A stretch of 64,000 nucleotides of DNA. Origin: Octopus vulgaris (lineage: Eukaryota). The position numbers and the translations under genes were made by a program. This document shows positions 27,310-42,880 of this stretch, piece by piece; position 1 is the stretch's first letter; the number at the start of each line of letters is the position of its first letter. The notes under the pieces are model-generated. The model was not told the origin of the DNA, made no database searches, and worked only from the letters and a program-made list of their open reading frames with translations. The stretch is from contig OX597830.1 of the NCBI GenBank assembly GCA_951406725.2, forward strand, positions 36,890,001 through 36,954,000, written 5' to 3'.

Positions 27310-28482
27310 TGTATGTATTTATATATGTTTGTATGTATGTATGTATGTTTATATTTTTGATGTTCAGAAATTGAAAATAACAAACAAACTGTTGTTCCCA
27401 GTGTGTGAATGACGAGCCATTCACGATTATCGACACGATTTTAATTAGAATATTGGTTATTTTGTCTTTTTTTCCTTTCCCCCCTTCGCATCTATTTCTA
27501 GAATTCTCAGTGGTATTCACATCTCGAAAAATAGAACGGTCAATTGATTCGTTCGCTCTTTCAATGCCATTTTCAAATTTTACTGCTGACAAATTCATAA
27601 AATTGATTTTTTCTAAAGTAATTTTTTTCCATATAAGGCGGCAAGCTGATAGAATCGTTAGAATGTCGGTCGAAATGCTTAGCGGCATTAATTTTTCTGG
27701 CTTTACGTTTTGAATTCAAATACTACCAAGATCCAACTTGCCGTCCATATTTTCGGGGTGGATAAAATATGTACTAGTGAAGTGATGAGGGTTGATAAAA
27801 TCAATTAGACCCTTCTTCCAAAATTTCAGGCCTTGTGCTTATAACAGAATAGATTATTTACTTTATAAGAAATATTTCATACTCAAGATTACTGGAATCC
27901 ATTTTAACAGTTTGGCACAGATATCTACAGCAACCCTTGTCATAGATTCAATAGTGTTGTTACTAGTTTTACATACTAATAAAAATTACTGCAAGAGAAC
28001 TTTATCTTTATTTACGGGGTAAAAAAAGGCATGTAGCGTGAACGTTCAGCAGCCACTTCAATACACCTGATGTCGTGATTCGCTAGAACATTACCTACGT
28101 GAAACGGGCTCCAGCGATGATTTCATCTTTAGGCGCATTTCCGCTTGAGATCATCCATCAATATAAATTCGGCACACCTCAACTACTTGACAGGGAGCGC
28201 TTTGGGATGCAGCAGACAGCAGAAACAAATCGGCAGATGGACGGCGACAGATGCAGACAGCTGCCGAGCTGAGCTGACAACAACTATTAATGAACGATCG
28301 GTGACAGCAACACAAGGACCTGCAGTTAACTTTTTGAATACTATTACAGTTACATCAAGAACAAAAACATTCAAATTCTCTCGATATTTTGTCGTTCGTA
28401 GTAATGACAGTTTTTTTTTGTGTACGGAAAAAAATAATAAATATTTTGCTTACCAAAAATCGTAACCTTCTCTAGTGTTCTA

Positions 28483-28774
28483 GATGAAAGGCAAAGTCGA
28501 CCTCGGCGGAATTTGAACTCAGAACGTAGCGGCAGACGAAATACCTATTTCTTTACTACCCACAAGGGGCTAAACACAGAGAGAACAAACAAGGACAGAC
28601 AAACAGTTTAAGTCGATTATATCGACCCCAGTAACTGGTACTTATTTAATCGACCCCGAAAGGATGAAAGGCAAAGTCGACCTCGGCGGAATTTGAACTC
28701 AGAACGTAACGGCAGACGAAATACCGCTAAGCATTTCGCCCGGCGTGCTAACGTTTCTGCCAGCTCGCCGCCTT
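28483..28774 (-). mobile_element. SINE family B copy with tandem internal duplication
   Basis: GATGAAAGGCAAAGTCGACCTCGGCGGAATTTGAACTCAGAACGTA occurs twice; ends CTGCCAGCTCGCCGCCTT (head). Confidence 0.88.
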
Positions 28775-28799
28775 ATATATACTATGTATATATCATTTA

Positions 28800-29088
28800 A
28801 GGTCGATAAATTAAGTACCAGTTACGCACTGGGGTCGATATAATTGACTTCATACGTTTGTCTGTCCTTGTTTGTCCTCTCTGTGTTTAGCCTCTTGTGG
28901 GTAATAAAGAAATAGGTATTACGTCTGCCACTACGTTCTGAGTTCAAATTGCGCCGAGGTCGATTTTGCCTTTCATCCTTTCGGGGTCGATTAAATAAGT
29001 ACCAATTACGCACTGGGGCCGATGTAATCGACTTAATCACTTTGTTTGTCCCCTCTAAGTTTAGCCCTCTGTGGGCAATAAAGAAATA
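28800..29088 (+). mobile_element. SINE family B copy (headless, duplicated core)
   Basis: GGTCGATAAATTAAGTACCAGTTACGCACTGGGGTCGAT and its duplicate near 28985. Confidence 0.85.
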
Positions 29089-29767
29089 AATATCTATTTA
29101 CATTGCTACCCATTTCACAACTACCAGTAAACATGAAGCTATTGAACCCAAAGTTTTAAGGACAAATTATTTCTATGTTATTGAAAACTACGAAGCTGGT
29201 ATCCACTGGAATTAACATCCACTTTTATGATGGCAGTTGAGCTTGTCTAATTCGAAATGAGGATTGATCGAGCCGGTTTGTAGTCAAAAACCTTCCAACT
29301 AACTTAATTTAGTCATTTTCAAGCTTGTTTTTGCTTTTCAAACGTTTAAAATGTAATTTGAGGAAGATTCATTTGCTATAACTAGCAATGTGATGTACTC
29401 AAGTGTAGTTGTGTTTTTAGCTTGTGCTTTTTCCATGATCATACGTTAGTATTTTATTTATATCCCATCGAAAGCTCTACTGAAGAAAGAATATATCTTT
29501 TTATAAGATTAATTCCGAAATTAATTCAATATAGAGATAACGAAATTTAAATTTTCTAAAGGTTAGTTGCCCGTTTTCAGTTTCAATTCTCCTGTAGCAA
29601 GCGCATTATAAGTGGATAAATCAGTGTATTGGCTTTAGAATAACCCTCTTTAGCCCTTAATTATATGATGTTTATACTTCAACCGTAACGGTTTTTTTAA
29701 ATATACTGCCCACGCTTCCTGATGGATTCTTTTTCTGTAGAGAAAGGGACTTCATCCTATATTGCTA

Positions 29768-29833
<66 letters not shown>

Positions 29834-29877
29834 ATGTATATATGCCTATATATATGCATATATATATGTATACAATG

Positions 29878-30116
29878 AGCACTCCGTCGGTTACGACGAC
29901 TTGGGTCCCAGCTGATATGATCAACGCAACAGCTTGCGCGTGGCACATAGTGAGACCAGGCTGGCCCTTTGAAATACAGGTATTACTCTTTTTTGCCAGC
30001 TGAGTGGACTGGAGCAACGTGAAATAAAGTGTCTTGCTCAAGGAAACAACCTGTCTCTGGGAAGTGAACTTACGATCGCAAGCCGAATGCCCTAACCACT
30101 AAGCCACACGCCTTCA
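29878..30116 (-). mobile_element. SINE family C-related copy
   Basis: ACTCCGTCGGTTACGACGAC...GGCTGGCCCTTTGAAATACAGGT...CCCTAACCACTAAGCCACACGCCTTCAC. Confidence 0.8.
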
Positions 30117-30121
30117 CTATA

Positions 30122-30163
<42 letters not shown>

Positions 30164-30769
30164 CACACACTTATATTGGTATTACTCCGACATGACATAC
30201 ACACCTGCATATATAAGATAATATGAATGAATCTAGGACCTACTTCGGTCATGGTTACTGGAATTGGGAAGTTCTTTTCGGAGGCACTCGCCTGTGCAAT
30301 TTGTCTATGCGTACAAATATATATTCTACATTTGTTGGTGCTTCGGGTCTCATGTATTCATTGAAAAAAAAATTGTTCATTTTACAAAAATAACATTTAT
30401 AACATTCGTCCATTGTAAATAATACTGTTCTGACGAATGTGAATGAGAAAATGAAATCGAAGGAGCGGAACAGTATGAGTATGTGTATATATGTGAGTTT
30501 TGTATCTATATGCACATATATATGTATATGAATGTATGTGTGTGGGTATGCATAAATGTATGTATGTATGTCGTATGTATGCATGTATATATATACGTGT
30601 GCGTGTATGTGTGTATTAATTTACTCTAAATTTAGTATGAAGCGTTGGGTATATACATATATATATATCCATGTATCTATCCATGTACATCCATGTGTAT
30701 ATGCATGACTAAATTATATATATATATATGTATATTTATATATACATATATATTATTTTATTCTTTAAT

Positions 30770-31140
30770 TCTTTTACTTGTTTCGCGTGCGGCCATGGTG
30801 GGGCACCGCCTTGAATTGACTCTGGTGCATATTTTTTAAACCTGATACCTATTCTATTGGTATCCTTTACCACTAGGTTACAGGAGCATAAACACACCAA
30901 CACAAAGCCGTACACACGTATATACATATACATACATACATACATACATATATATATATATATTATATATATAGCGTATATTATATATATGAGGTATGAA
31001 GATTGCTTCCCAACCACATGGTCCTGGGTTCAATCCCACTGCGTGGCACCTTCGGCAAGTATGTTCTCCTATAGCCTCGGGCTGACCAGAAACTTGTTAG
31101 TGGATTTGGTAGACGAATACTGGAACAAGCCCGTCGTATA
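30770..31140. mobile_element. SINE family A fragments in opposite orientations
   Basis: Minus-strand tail at 30770-30900 (TTTTACTTGTTTC..GCGGCCATG); plus-strand head at 30990-31140 (CCACATGGTCCTGGGTTCAATCCCACTGCGTGGCACC). Confidence 0.7.
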
Positions 31141-31189
31141 TATATATATATATGTGTACGTATATGTACACACACACACACACACACGC

Positions 31190-31250
<61 letters not shown>

Positions 31251-31931
31251 CATATATACATATATATATATATGTATGTGTGTGTCTTTGTGAATGTATG
31301 TATGTATATATATGTATATATATATTTTAAATATATATGGACATATATTTATTATATATATATCTATCTATAACTATGTATATATGGTCGTGTATAGAAA
31401 CACATACACACACATATGGACATACATATACATACATATGCAAACACACATACATACCCAGCACAAATAAACAGTGTGGGGTTGCCCATTGAATGTATTG
31501 AGCGCTTCGTTTGAAAGTTTCTGATTCATTTCTTACGATAGCGAAACGGCAACGGTCGTTTAAAAATGAATGGCCGATATTAAAATATGGGCACAAACAC
31601 CTGAGCCTGTTCATTTATGATACTTACCAATATAATTTGTATCTATAGTATATAATATAACTTTACAAATATATAAATCCATATTTGAGACAATTTTCTA
31701 TTGATCACAGGGTATAATCGGGAATATATTTCTGTGAATAACATATCGATTGCATCAATTGCACGGAATATGTTTTCCTATCATTTCAGAGAGATTATGT
31801 ATGACTGCTTCCTGTAGCATAACAAAGAACAAAAATAAAAAGTGTGAAAAGGGGAAAAAAAAGAAGAAAAATTCCTTTTCAGATAATGAAGATTCATATA
31901 GAAGCGCACAAAAACACACGCCCCTACATGT

Positions 31932-32000
<69 letters not shown>

Positions 32001-32083
32001 TATATATATACATACATACACACATATATATATATATACATATACATATATATAAATATAATAAATATATAAATATATCTACA

Positions 32084-32125
<42 letters not shown>

Positions 32126-32146
32126 CACACATATATATATATATCA

Positions 32147-32178
<32 letters not shown>

Positions 32179-32212
32179 CTACACATATACATATATATAT
32201 ATACCTACACAT

Positions 32213-32257
<45 letters not shown>

Positions 32258-32468
32258 CAAACAAACACACACTCACACATATACATACACACATATGAAA
32301 TTCACAAATTCATATAGTGAGAGAAAAAGGGAGAGATATTGATTTTGATATTTATGTATATACAAGCATATATATATGTATGCATATATGTATATATATA
32401 TGTGTGTGTGCGTGTATGTGTGTGTGTGTTTGTGTGTATATATCTACGTGTATATGTGTATATATCTA

Positions 32469-32532
<64 letters not shown>

Positions 32533-32829
32533 GCTTACACACACATACATACATATATGTATCTGAGCACGTACATACATGTGCGTTTGTGTGTCTGTGT
32601 GTCTGTCTGTACATCTGCAGCAGAAAATTGCCTATAAGGGTATTCAAAGACAGTAACACATTGTGAATGGCAGGTAGATTCACATATAATCTGAAAAGAA
32701 ATTTCACTTCCGTACGCAAATACAGAAGTATTCTCTACCCATTTCTAGATTTTGCTGATGCAAATGTAACTTACTAATGTTCTCATATGACTGCACATAT
32801 CTGCATGTAACACCATATAATAATGTCAT

Positions 32830-32906
<77 letters not shown>

Positions 32907-33104
32907 TTATCTATTCATATATTTATCTTAGTATTCATATACATAAATATATAAATAAATATACATAAATATAACTATATATACATATGTGTATATGTAC
33001 ACATGTATACACACATGCTCACATATATATATATTTACATATATGTACGCATACATATATACAATGATACATATATTCATACATACAGTCATATATATAT
33101 GTAT

Positions 33105-33149
<45 letters not shown>

Positions 33150-34119
33150 TATATGTTTGTGCATGAATAGGCATTTCTCTGTGTTGGCACACATAAGCAC
33201 AAATTTGTGTACGTGAATAAATGTATTTAAGTCCTTCTCTCTCCCTCTCTCTTTTTTTATCTCTCAACCTCACTCTTTCATACTGTCTCCTTTTCAGCTA
33301 CTCTTCTTTCTTTCTAATTTTTTTTTTTTGCTATCTGAACAGACATCACACACAAACATGAAACACCCACACGCACTTGTTGCCTTTCACACGTTCATTT
33401 ATAAACACATATAACATTGCCATCATATGCATTCGTGTATGCCTAGGTTCTCTCCTATACGCGCACATATTACATCTTGGGACGACTGTTTTAATGTTGT
33501 TTGCTTTGTGCAAAACTGAAAGTAAAGGAAGAGGAAACCAAAGTAGTCTATAAATGCTGAAATGTCCGATACGTACATAGATAAACACATGCATACATAC
33601 ATACATACATACATACATACATACATACATACATACATACATACATACATACATACATACATACATACATACATACATACATACATGCATACATACAAAC
33701 AAACATACGTACATAAATACATACATACATACATACATACATACGTACATATATACATACACACGTACATACATACATATATACATTTAAGCATACTTAC
33801 AATCATACATATATACACGTATATGTATTATATATTTACATACAAATATCATTTATATATAATTCATTATCATCTGTTTCTTATATATATTTATAGATGT
33901 GTGTGTATACATAATAATGTCCATATTTAATATAGCTATATATTTTATATAACTTATAAAAGTGTAATATATATGTGTTTGTGTGTGTTGTTTGTGTGTA
34001 TAAGTATATATACATATGCAGGTTAAAATATATAATATATACTTATACATAATATTATGATTAAAATATACATAGATGTCTTCTATAACAGTTAAATATA
34101 TATATATATATACATACAT

Positions 34120-34175
<56 letters not shown>

Positions 34176-34398
34176 GTATGCATTTATATGTATGTCCATG
34201 TATGTGTGTATATAACTAATACACATAATGCATATATTATTCACACACACACACGCACACTTTACATACATACACACATACGTATACGTTTGTGTGTGTG
34301 TGTGTATGTGTGTTTGTACGTGTGCGTTATCGAAAATATGATAAAATCTGTTTTCACAAAAGAAAAGAAGAAACAAAGAAAAAAAGATGTAAATAAAA

Positions 34399-34458
<60 letters not shown>

Positions 34459-35203
34459 AAAAGGAAAATCGAATGTAAGGGAAATGTAAATGTTTGTAAA
34501 ATACGCATCACTTTAAGAACTTTAATATCTGATGGAATATGTGTGTTTGACATGAAAAACGACGAAAAGTAACCAGTAAAGCACACATATCTACGACTGC
34601 AAAATCAATACTATATGCAAAACATATTTCATGCTAGTTTTATAAGAACGAGTATTATCAGCCGTAATCTCCTATCAACTGCTGTGGTTTTTGCTTATAT
34701 TACCATCTTTTTTATCTGAGTCTTATTTATGTTACTTTAGTCGTTGATATTCGTTTTGTCACTTGGGGAGTTAAAATAATCCAAGCAAAGCTGATATAAT
34801 TTTGTATCTCACCATCTCAGATATTATTTCTGTTAACAACAATAGGCAACTATTAACTATAACATTAAATCTTTTAAGATTTTAATCATGCTCCATTTGG
34901 TAATAAATTTAGGATGATTTCTCGAAAGTTTTTCAGTCGCTCTCCACTTTCTTTCTATCTATCTCGATTAAAGACGTCATTGGATTTTTCGCCTCAAATT
35001 TTAAGATTAGAACAAAGAAAAACAAAACAAAACAAACAAATTACAACAGATGAAATCACATCCATGAGTGAATAAAGCTTTATTTTATTGGACGTGCACG
35101 CAATTATATTCATAAAATTAGATAATATCTGGTCCATTGTGTTATGAATCAAACGCTTTAGATGAGATTTCAAGCCAACTCTAAATGTAGTTTTTCTCAA
35201 CTG

Positions 35204-35845
<642 letters not shown>

Positions 35846-35922
35846 ATAAGTGCGAAATTGCAGTTTCAGAAATAAACACCTAAATAACAAAAAAGAAGAA
35901 GTATTTAAAAAAAATGCTGTTA

Positions 35923-36344
35923 ACTCTTTACTCTTTACTCTTTACTCTTTTACTTGTTTCAGTCATTTGACTGCGGCCATGCTGGAGCACCGCCTTTAGT
36001 CGAGCAAATCGACCCCGGGACTTATTCTTTGTAAGCCCAGTACTTATTCTATCAGCCTCTTTTGCCGAACCGCTAAGTGACGGGGACGTAAACACACCAG
36101 CATCGGTTGTCAAGCAATGCTAGGGGGACAAACACAGACACACAAACACACACACATACATATATATATATACATACATATATACGACAGGCTTCTTTCA
36201 GTTTCCGTCTACCAAATCCACTCACAAGGCATTGGTCGGCCCGGGGCTATAGTAGAAGACACTTGCCCAAGATGCCACGCAGTGGGACTGAACCCGGAAC
36301 CATGTGGTTGTTTAGCAAGCTACTTACCACACAGCCACTCCTAC
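35923..36344 (-). mobile_element. full-length SINE family A copy with TSD
   Basis: Reverse complement of 47071-47503; (ACTCTTT)n tail; CTGTTAACT repeated on both flanks. Confidence 0.9.
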
Positions 36345-36590
36345 TGTTAACTTTTATAAGAGAAATGAACTTGGAACATATTTATAATTCTTCCCGAGGG
36401 ATTGATCCTCCGTCAGTGTCGTTGATGAGCGTTCAGTTATTTTGTTAACTGAATCACTACTCGTCAAATTAGCTTTAGTGGCTGAATATTCCACAGACTA
36501 GTGTACTCTCATTCTAAGTGTCGGTCCGAATCAACGGGAGACAATGTAATATGACTGATGACTGAGCTTTTGAATTGCAGACATAATCCA

Positions 36591-36636
<46 letters not shown>

Positions 36637-37503
36637 TGAAAGAGGAGGATGAAAAGAGAGAGTGGGAAAGTGAGAGAGAGAGAGAGAAAGAGAGAGAAAA
36701 GGAAAGAGAGAGAAAGATAGAGAGAGGGAAAGAGAGGAGAAGGAAGAGAGAGAGAGAGAGAAAGTGAAAGAGAGGGAGAGAAAGATGAACAGAGAAAGAG
36801 CGAGAGAGAGAGAGAGATAGTGAGAGATAAGAATCAGCTTGGCTGTTAGAATGGTTTTTTAATTTGTCGACTGTGAAAGGATGACAATTAAAGATGTCCG
36901 CAGTGGGATTTGAACTTAGAAAGCAAATAGCCGGTAAGTACAACGCAAGGCTCCCCCATTCGCTGTCTTTGTGTACATTATAATGCCAAACAGAATATTG
37001 TAAGTGTGGGGACTGAACCCGCAAGCATGTGGTTTGGAAGCAAGCTTCTTACCATACAGTCACACTTCGAGAAAAATTTTGTATTTATTGTGGATAAGTA
37101 ATTATACATATTAAACCAAGGCATAAATATGTAAATTGACTTCTATGGACATTAGAATAAATATATCATTACAGAATCTACAATTATATAATCCAGTTTT
37201 CTTTCAAAAGATTTTGCTTAAGAACATCAAAGGCCACAAGCTTTCTGATCTTGTACGTAGAAGCGAGAGGATTTTCGCCATCGAAAGGAAGCTATGTTAA
37301 CGTACAGAAATTTCCATATTATCCTTACTACAACGTGTAACAAATCCACGTTAACTATTTGCACACATTTGGACTAAGCTTTTAGGCATCATATGTCTTT
37401 ACTACTCTGATAACATATTCTGAACGTAAATACATGCTGTAACTTTGGTATATTACCATAAGTATAAAGCCAATAGAGATATAAAATAATATTATTGAAT
37501 GTT

Positions 37504-37559
<56 letters not shown>

Positions 37560-38527
37560 GCACGCGCACATACACACGCATACAGACATCATTTTTATAC
37601 ATATACATATATATATATATATTTTACTGAAGCGCCAAGGCTCATTTGTTTTATCATAAATTGTAAAGTTTTCAGGAAAAATAAAAGCTCCAGATGGATT
37701 ATAAGAATAAATTCCATATATAAAAGAATTTTAGATAATCCTATTTCTAGAACCATTACAGATAGAAATTTTTGGTTTTTAAAAAGATTATATTACTAAT
37801 GGCCATATTAGTTTCACAAAATAACTAGCAAAAATCAAAACAAAGAGAATAAAATACAGCATTAAATGAAGGTGACTAGCTCTGGTTAGACGAATGTAGA
37901 CATTTTGCTAGCTTAACACAAATATATTAACTAGAAAAATCAATAGAGAACTAATATGATATGAAATCCTGAAAGATGAATAGGTCGCAAAAATAATAGG
38001 ATATGAGATAATGATAGCTGGGTGTTAATACAAATAAATGTAAACTTATAGCTGTTCAGTTTTTTCTTTTCCATTCTTCCATTTGATTCTTCTATAAACA
38101 AATCCGCGTAAAACATTCGAGACTTTTTGGTATTTAGTATTAACTGAAGATGACAAGCAAGAATGTTCTGCGTTTGCTGAGAGGAAATAGTATTTAGAAT
38201 ATGATCAGTAATATCTCTGTTTATCGATTAAGAATGATTGAATGTCCGTGGAAACACTGTTAAACCTGACACGAGATCGATGCTTTATACCGCACGGTTA
38301 GAGTTCATGTTTGCAATCATCTCTAGTTTCATACAAAGAAACAACAGTTATTTACATACAATTATATTCAATATTTCCTTCTGATTCTCCAGAATATAGC
38401 CAAAAGACACCCACATCCTTCCAGCTCTTTAACAGTGGAAATATGTTTTATCCGTGGCAAAAGAACTCAAGATAATAACGTAAATTATGATATATGCGAA
38501 TACCTTTTGTTATTTTTGTTTTGAACA

Positions 38528-38927
38528 TCTATATATATAAAACTGAAGTTGTGTGGTGTCTGTCTCCTACGATTTAGATTCCTAACTACTCCCACATTTT
38601 GCGGTGCAGTTTAACCAAAAGCGGGTATCTTATAGTCGTGATTCATATCGAGCCCTTCTTGGTATTAGCGCGCGTCTACGATGAGTCTACGATCAAAAAA
38701 AAATTACCATAATTTTTTTCCATTTTTAATGCATTTTTTTTGCTATTATATAAGGGAAGTAACTCTCTAAAGATGTCTACGATGAGTCTACGATTTAAAA
38801 AAAAATACCATCATTTTTTCCATTTTTAATGCATTTTTTTGCTATTATATAAGGGAAGTAACTCTCTAAAAATGCTTATATAGTTATTTCCCTTACAAAC
38901 CCGAGCAACGCCGGGCGATACTGCTAG
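38528..38927 (+). mobile_element. non-autonomous Helitron (400 bp)
   Basis: A|TCTATATATATAAAACTG 5' end; subterminal hairpin CCCGAGCAACGCCGGG (38900-15); CTAG|T 3' end; no TSD; ~100-bp internal tandem duplication (38675-38872). Confidence 0.88.
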
Positions 38928-40651
38928 TAATAGATAATGTGTTTTGTTTTTGTTAATCTGAGAAGTGTCAGTGTTGTTTGCCCTTTCGGTTCCTTCATAC
39001 GTAAGGAAATGAAGTACAAATTTTAGTATAAATTTTACAAGTATTTTCTCAGTCATATCTCGAGATCTAGAATGATTACCCACTAGATTTAACTTCTATG
39101 GAACCGTTTTGGCTACGCGGTCGGATGCAAGGACCTTAAAGGATGGCCGTAAAGCAAAAGTCTATTGTCTCGCGAGATAAAGTGCACTCGTAAGATGTTT
39201 GCGCTCTTTTACGCATACATATAGAAAACCTTGCAAATGAAATTGTTAGGTTCGTGTTGTATCGAATTGCGGGCTTCATCGTGGATGATCCCGTCTCCTC
39301 ACGTGTCCGTTATTTACCAAATATTCTCACATGTACACGTGTATTATACAGGTCTAACATACCATTCACGCAGCCGCAGTACCGGCGACACAGTATTTAA
39401 ATATCCGTAAAAAAAAACTTCTAAAATATATTTTATATTGAACCCACATGTTTTAGATCATACTCGTTATATTAACAACATATACTACAATAAGAAGGGA
39501 CGGTTAAGAATAGATTATAAATCCATCGGCTCTTTCATCGAGTCTTTGCTGAATGACTCCATTTGAAGACCCAACAAGGAGAACTCACCTGCAGTAATAC
39601 CAGCATTTTAGATTGAACTGAATTGTATAACAATTAGCTGTACGTTCTGTATTATTCCATCGACCCATCCGAGCAAGTCAAAATATTCAAAGCTAATAAA
39701 TTATTAGCTGATCATTTTCTGAATCACAAAGATCAAGAGAGTTGATGCCGCTTTTTCCACATTGTTATTCAGACGACAAATAAACCTAACACTGGACAGA
39801 GAGAAATATAAGAAACCTAGGAAATCAGTGATTCAATACATCAATAAAAATTAATACAGAAGGTTTTAGGTTTCTAGCAGAACCCTTCACCGTGAAGCGA
39901 TGCATGTTTATTCATTTTGCTAGTTAAACAGATTGTATAACTGAATAGGTGGACGATCTGTCGTAGATTTCTTATTGTGAGATATATTGAACTCGACAAT
40001 GAATCCCTACGAAATACCTATATCAATGAAATACATCATCTTTCAGTACCTAATTAGTACTTGAACGATAAATGGATCTCAACTGTTGATAGATAAGTGT
40101 CTTAACCATGAACAGAACACTGAATCAAAGAGCAGATATAAATCATTTGATGAATGAATGTTTGCTTGTTATGTATCTCTGTAAAAGCGATCAACCAACT
40201 TAATCGAGGCAATTAACTCTGAATATATATATATGATAGAAACAATTTTGCTTTATGAGACTTAGATAGCAAAACAACATAGAAATATCAACCATCGAAA
40301 ATTTACTGAGAAGATATAAGCACATTACCTGCAGATTCCCAAAATATATTCATTAAAAATGTTGATAAATATACATTGAGATTTTGTCAGCGGTAATACA
40401 GGAAAAAATCTAGCAATAACTATTATAGATCATGATCTCATTTAATAAAGCTTTGGTTATTCATACATGTATTTACATAGCAATAATATCAGTAAAATGT
40501 ATTTGTCCCCTCAGCCTACTAGAAATAGTTGCCGAATTTCCTCTCATATCACGCTTTACTGTCTTAGAAAAAGGAAGGACTTATTTGTATAAAAGACAGG
40601 GTTGTTTTTGGCTAGAACGTAACTGACAAAGGATCAACTCTATTAGGCCTT

Positions 40652-40908
40652 TGTTCCTTCTCAAGCCATGCCTGGTTCATAGGGCCGGTTTCCTGGTTTC
40701 CCTGGCGTATAGGTTTCCCACCTGGACGGGATGCAAGAGGAAAGCGTGAGAGAAAGTTGTGGCGAAAAAGTCAGAAGGTCGCCATTACCTTCAGCCAGAG
40801 CCGCGTGGAGCTTAGGTGTTTCGCTCATAAACACACACATCGAGATTCGAAACCGCGATCCCTCGACTGCGAGTCCACTGCTCTAGCCACTAGACCATGT
40901 ACCTCCAC
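40652..40908 (-). mobile_element. SINE family C-related copy
   Basis: GAGAGAAAGTTGTGGCGAAA...CGTGGAGCTTAGGTGTTTCGCTC...TTCGAAACCGCGATCC...GCGAGTCCACTG matches the reverse complement of 54728-55030. Confidence 0.8.
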
Positions 40909-40992
40909 CTATTAGGACTTACCTGGATCTAAACATCAAGAGCAGCAGCACCAGCAACATGCCACCGAGAAAGGAAAATTTATAATTTAGAG

Positions 40993-41333
40993 CTGTGGTT
41001 CTCAACGTTTTTTTTGCCTATGACCCTCCTCCATACCTATCAAACTCTGGTTGACCCTCATAGCAATTCGATGTTTAAAAACTAGTTTTATAGAAACTTC
41101 TTTCAAAATTCCTATTTTGTTTTTCACACATTAACCTGTGTAGGTTGAACTATGTAAAATGTTAGAGAAAGAAACTTGGCTATTTCTTGAAATATATACA
41201 ACTAAAGCAAAAATTTTCCATGAGCCCTTAATATACTACTGCGGGTCCCCAATTCACAATTTTGCTTGCATGGACTTCCAAAATTCATATACGGATCTTC
41301 AGAAATCATGTGGACCCCGACTGAGAACCAGTG
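40993..41333. mobile_element. hAT-type MITE (~340 bp)
   Basis: TIRs CTGTGGTTCTCAAC and ACTGAGAACCAGTG; 8-bp TSD ATTTAGAG/ATTTAGAA with 1 mismatch. Confidence 0.75.
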
Positions 41334-42135
41334 ATTTAGAATTTAGAATTTCCGATGCCATGAACGGTACAATCAAATTATTGATTCGTATCTCTTCATC
41401 ATGGGTTCAAATTTTACCCGTCTTTAACTCTGTTCTGGAGTAAGCTAATAACTTTTCGACTATTCAGGTAAACCTTGCAGATGAAATATTTTAGTATTAA
41501 TTACATTTCGATGGGTTAAATCACCAAATGGCATCAGAAATATAAATCTAATAAGGCCAGATATTTTCAGAGGAGTAGGCTACTTGTTGCCATGGACTCA
41601 GTACTTGACCGGTGCTTTATTTTATCGACACCGAGAGGAAGAATGGCAAAGGAGACAGTATCGGGAAATGAACTCAGAACGTAAAGAATACCGAAAAGCA
41701 TTTTTCTGACGCTCAAACGAGTCTTAAATATAAGCTTGATAATGATTTCTTACAAGGTTCCAGATTTAAAATAAGGCTACAATCAATTTCATTTGATTGG
41801 TACTTAATTTTACAGACCCCACTTGGAAGAACAATTGCTAATAATAGCTTACACGAGATATATATATATATATATATATAGTCCTATATTTATGGACTGC
41901 CATATTAGCTTGGCAATAACTATTAATATCCAGTACCGCTGCCATTGTCTCCTTTAGAGAGACTTAGAAATAATGATAACAATAATAATAATAATGATAA
42001 TATATATATATATATATATATCACGTGATCACGTAACCGACCAGGCTATCAGATGTTGCTACACATCGCTGTTACAATGCGCTTTGCTTTGTTTTAGCCT
42101 TCAAATGCCGCCACCCTGCTGGCTAAGCGAGCAGG

Positions 42136-42191
<56 letters not shown>

Positions 42192-42880
42192 TGGACTTAA
42201 AGGATAGAGCGCATTGCCAGTGTGAAAGGACCGGTCTTGAATCTGCACCTGTGGAAAGAAAAAAAAAATAAAAAGTAAGAGAGTGGTCTTGCCCTGTTGT
42301 TCAGGCCACCCATGGCTTTTGTGGGTTTTCTCACGAGTGGCCTTTTAGAGCACCTCCCCCTATTAAGAGTTTTCTTGTTTAATAACTTTGTAAATTAATG
42401 TGTACATGACTATATTGACTTTTATGTTAATGTTATGTCTTTTAACGGAATTATTTTAGTTATGTTTACAATAGTTTAAGCGCATTTCTACTGTTAAGAG
42501 GACGAAAAGAGAAGTTTTTGTGCGTGTATTCTCCGGTGTCAGAAGGAAAAAAGTTTAATTGTATGCAAATAACTTCTGCATCTCAGTATACTCTATTGTT
42601 ACTTACTGTGAAATTGGATATGATTATTTTCGTAATCTTTGACTGCTCACTATAAAGCGCCAGTCTCATATCATGTTTAATAGGGATTTACGCATATTCG
42701 ATCATTTTTACGAGAAGAGAAATATTTCTAATTGGATACAACATATTATTTCTTCTCATCACTCTTAGAGTATTTTTTGCTTGTCATTATCAGTTTATAT
42801 TTAGTTCTAAATATTGTTTGTTAATACGTTTATGTCTACGAACAATATACTTGAAGACTGGAGGTAAAAATAAAACAAAA

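Noticed and set aside
34527-34560. CTGATGG...ACATGAAA motif
   Set aside because: Core mismatch and no stem I or III pairing; likely chance.
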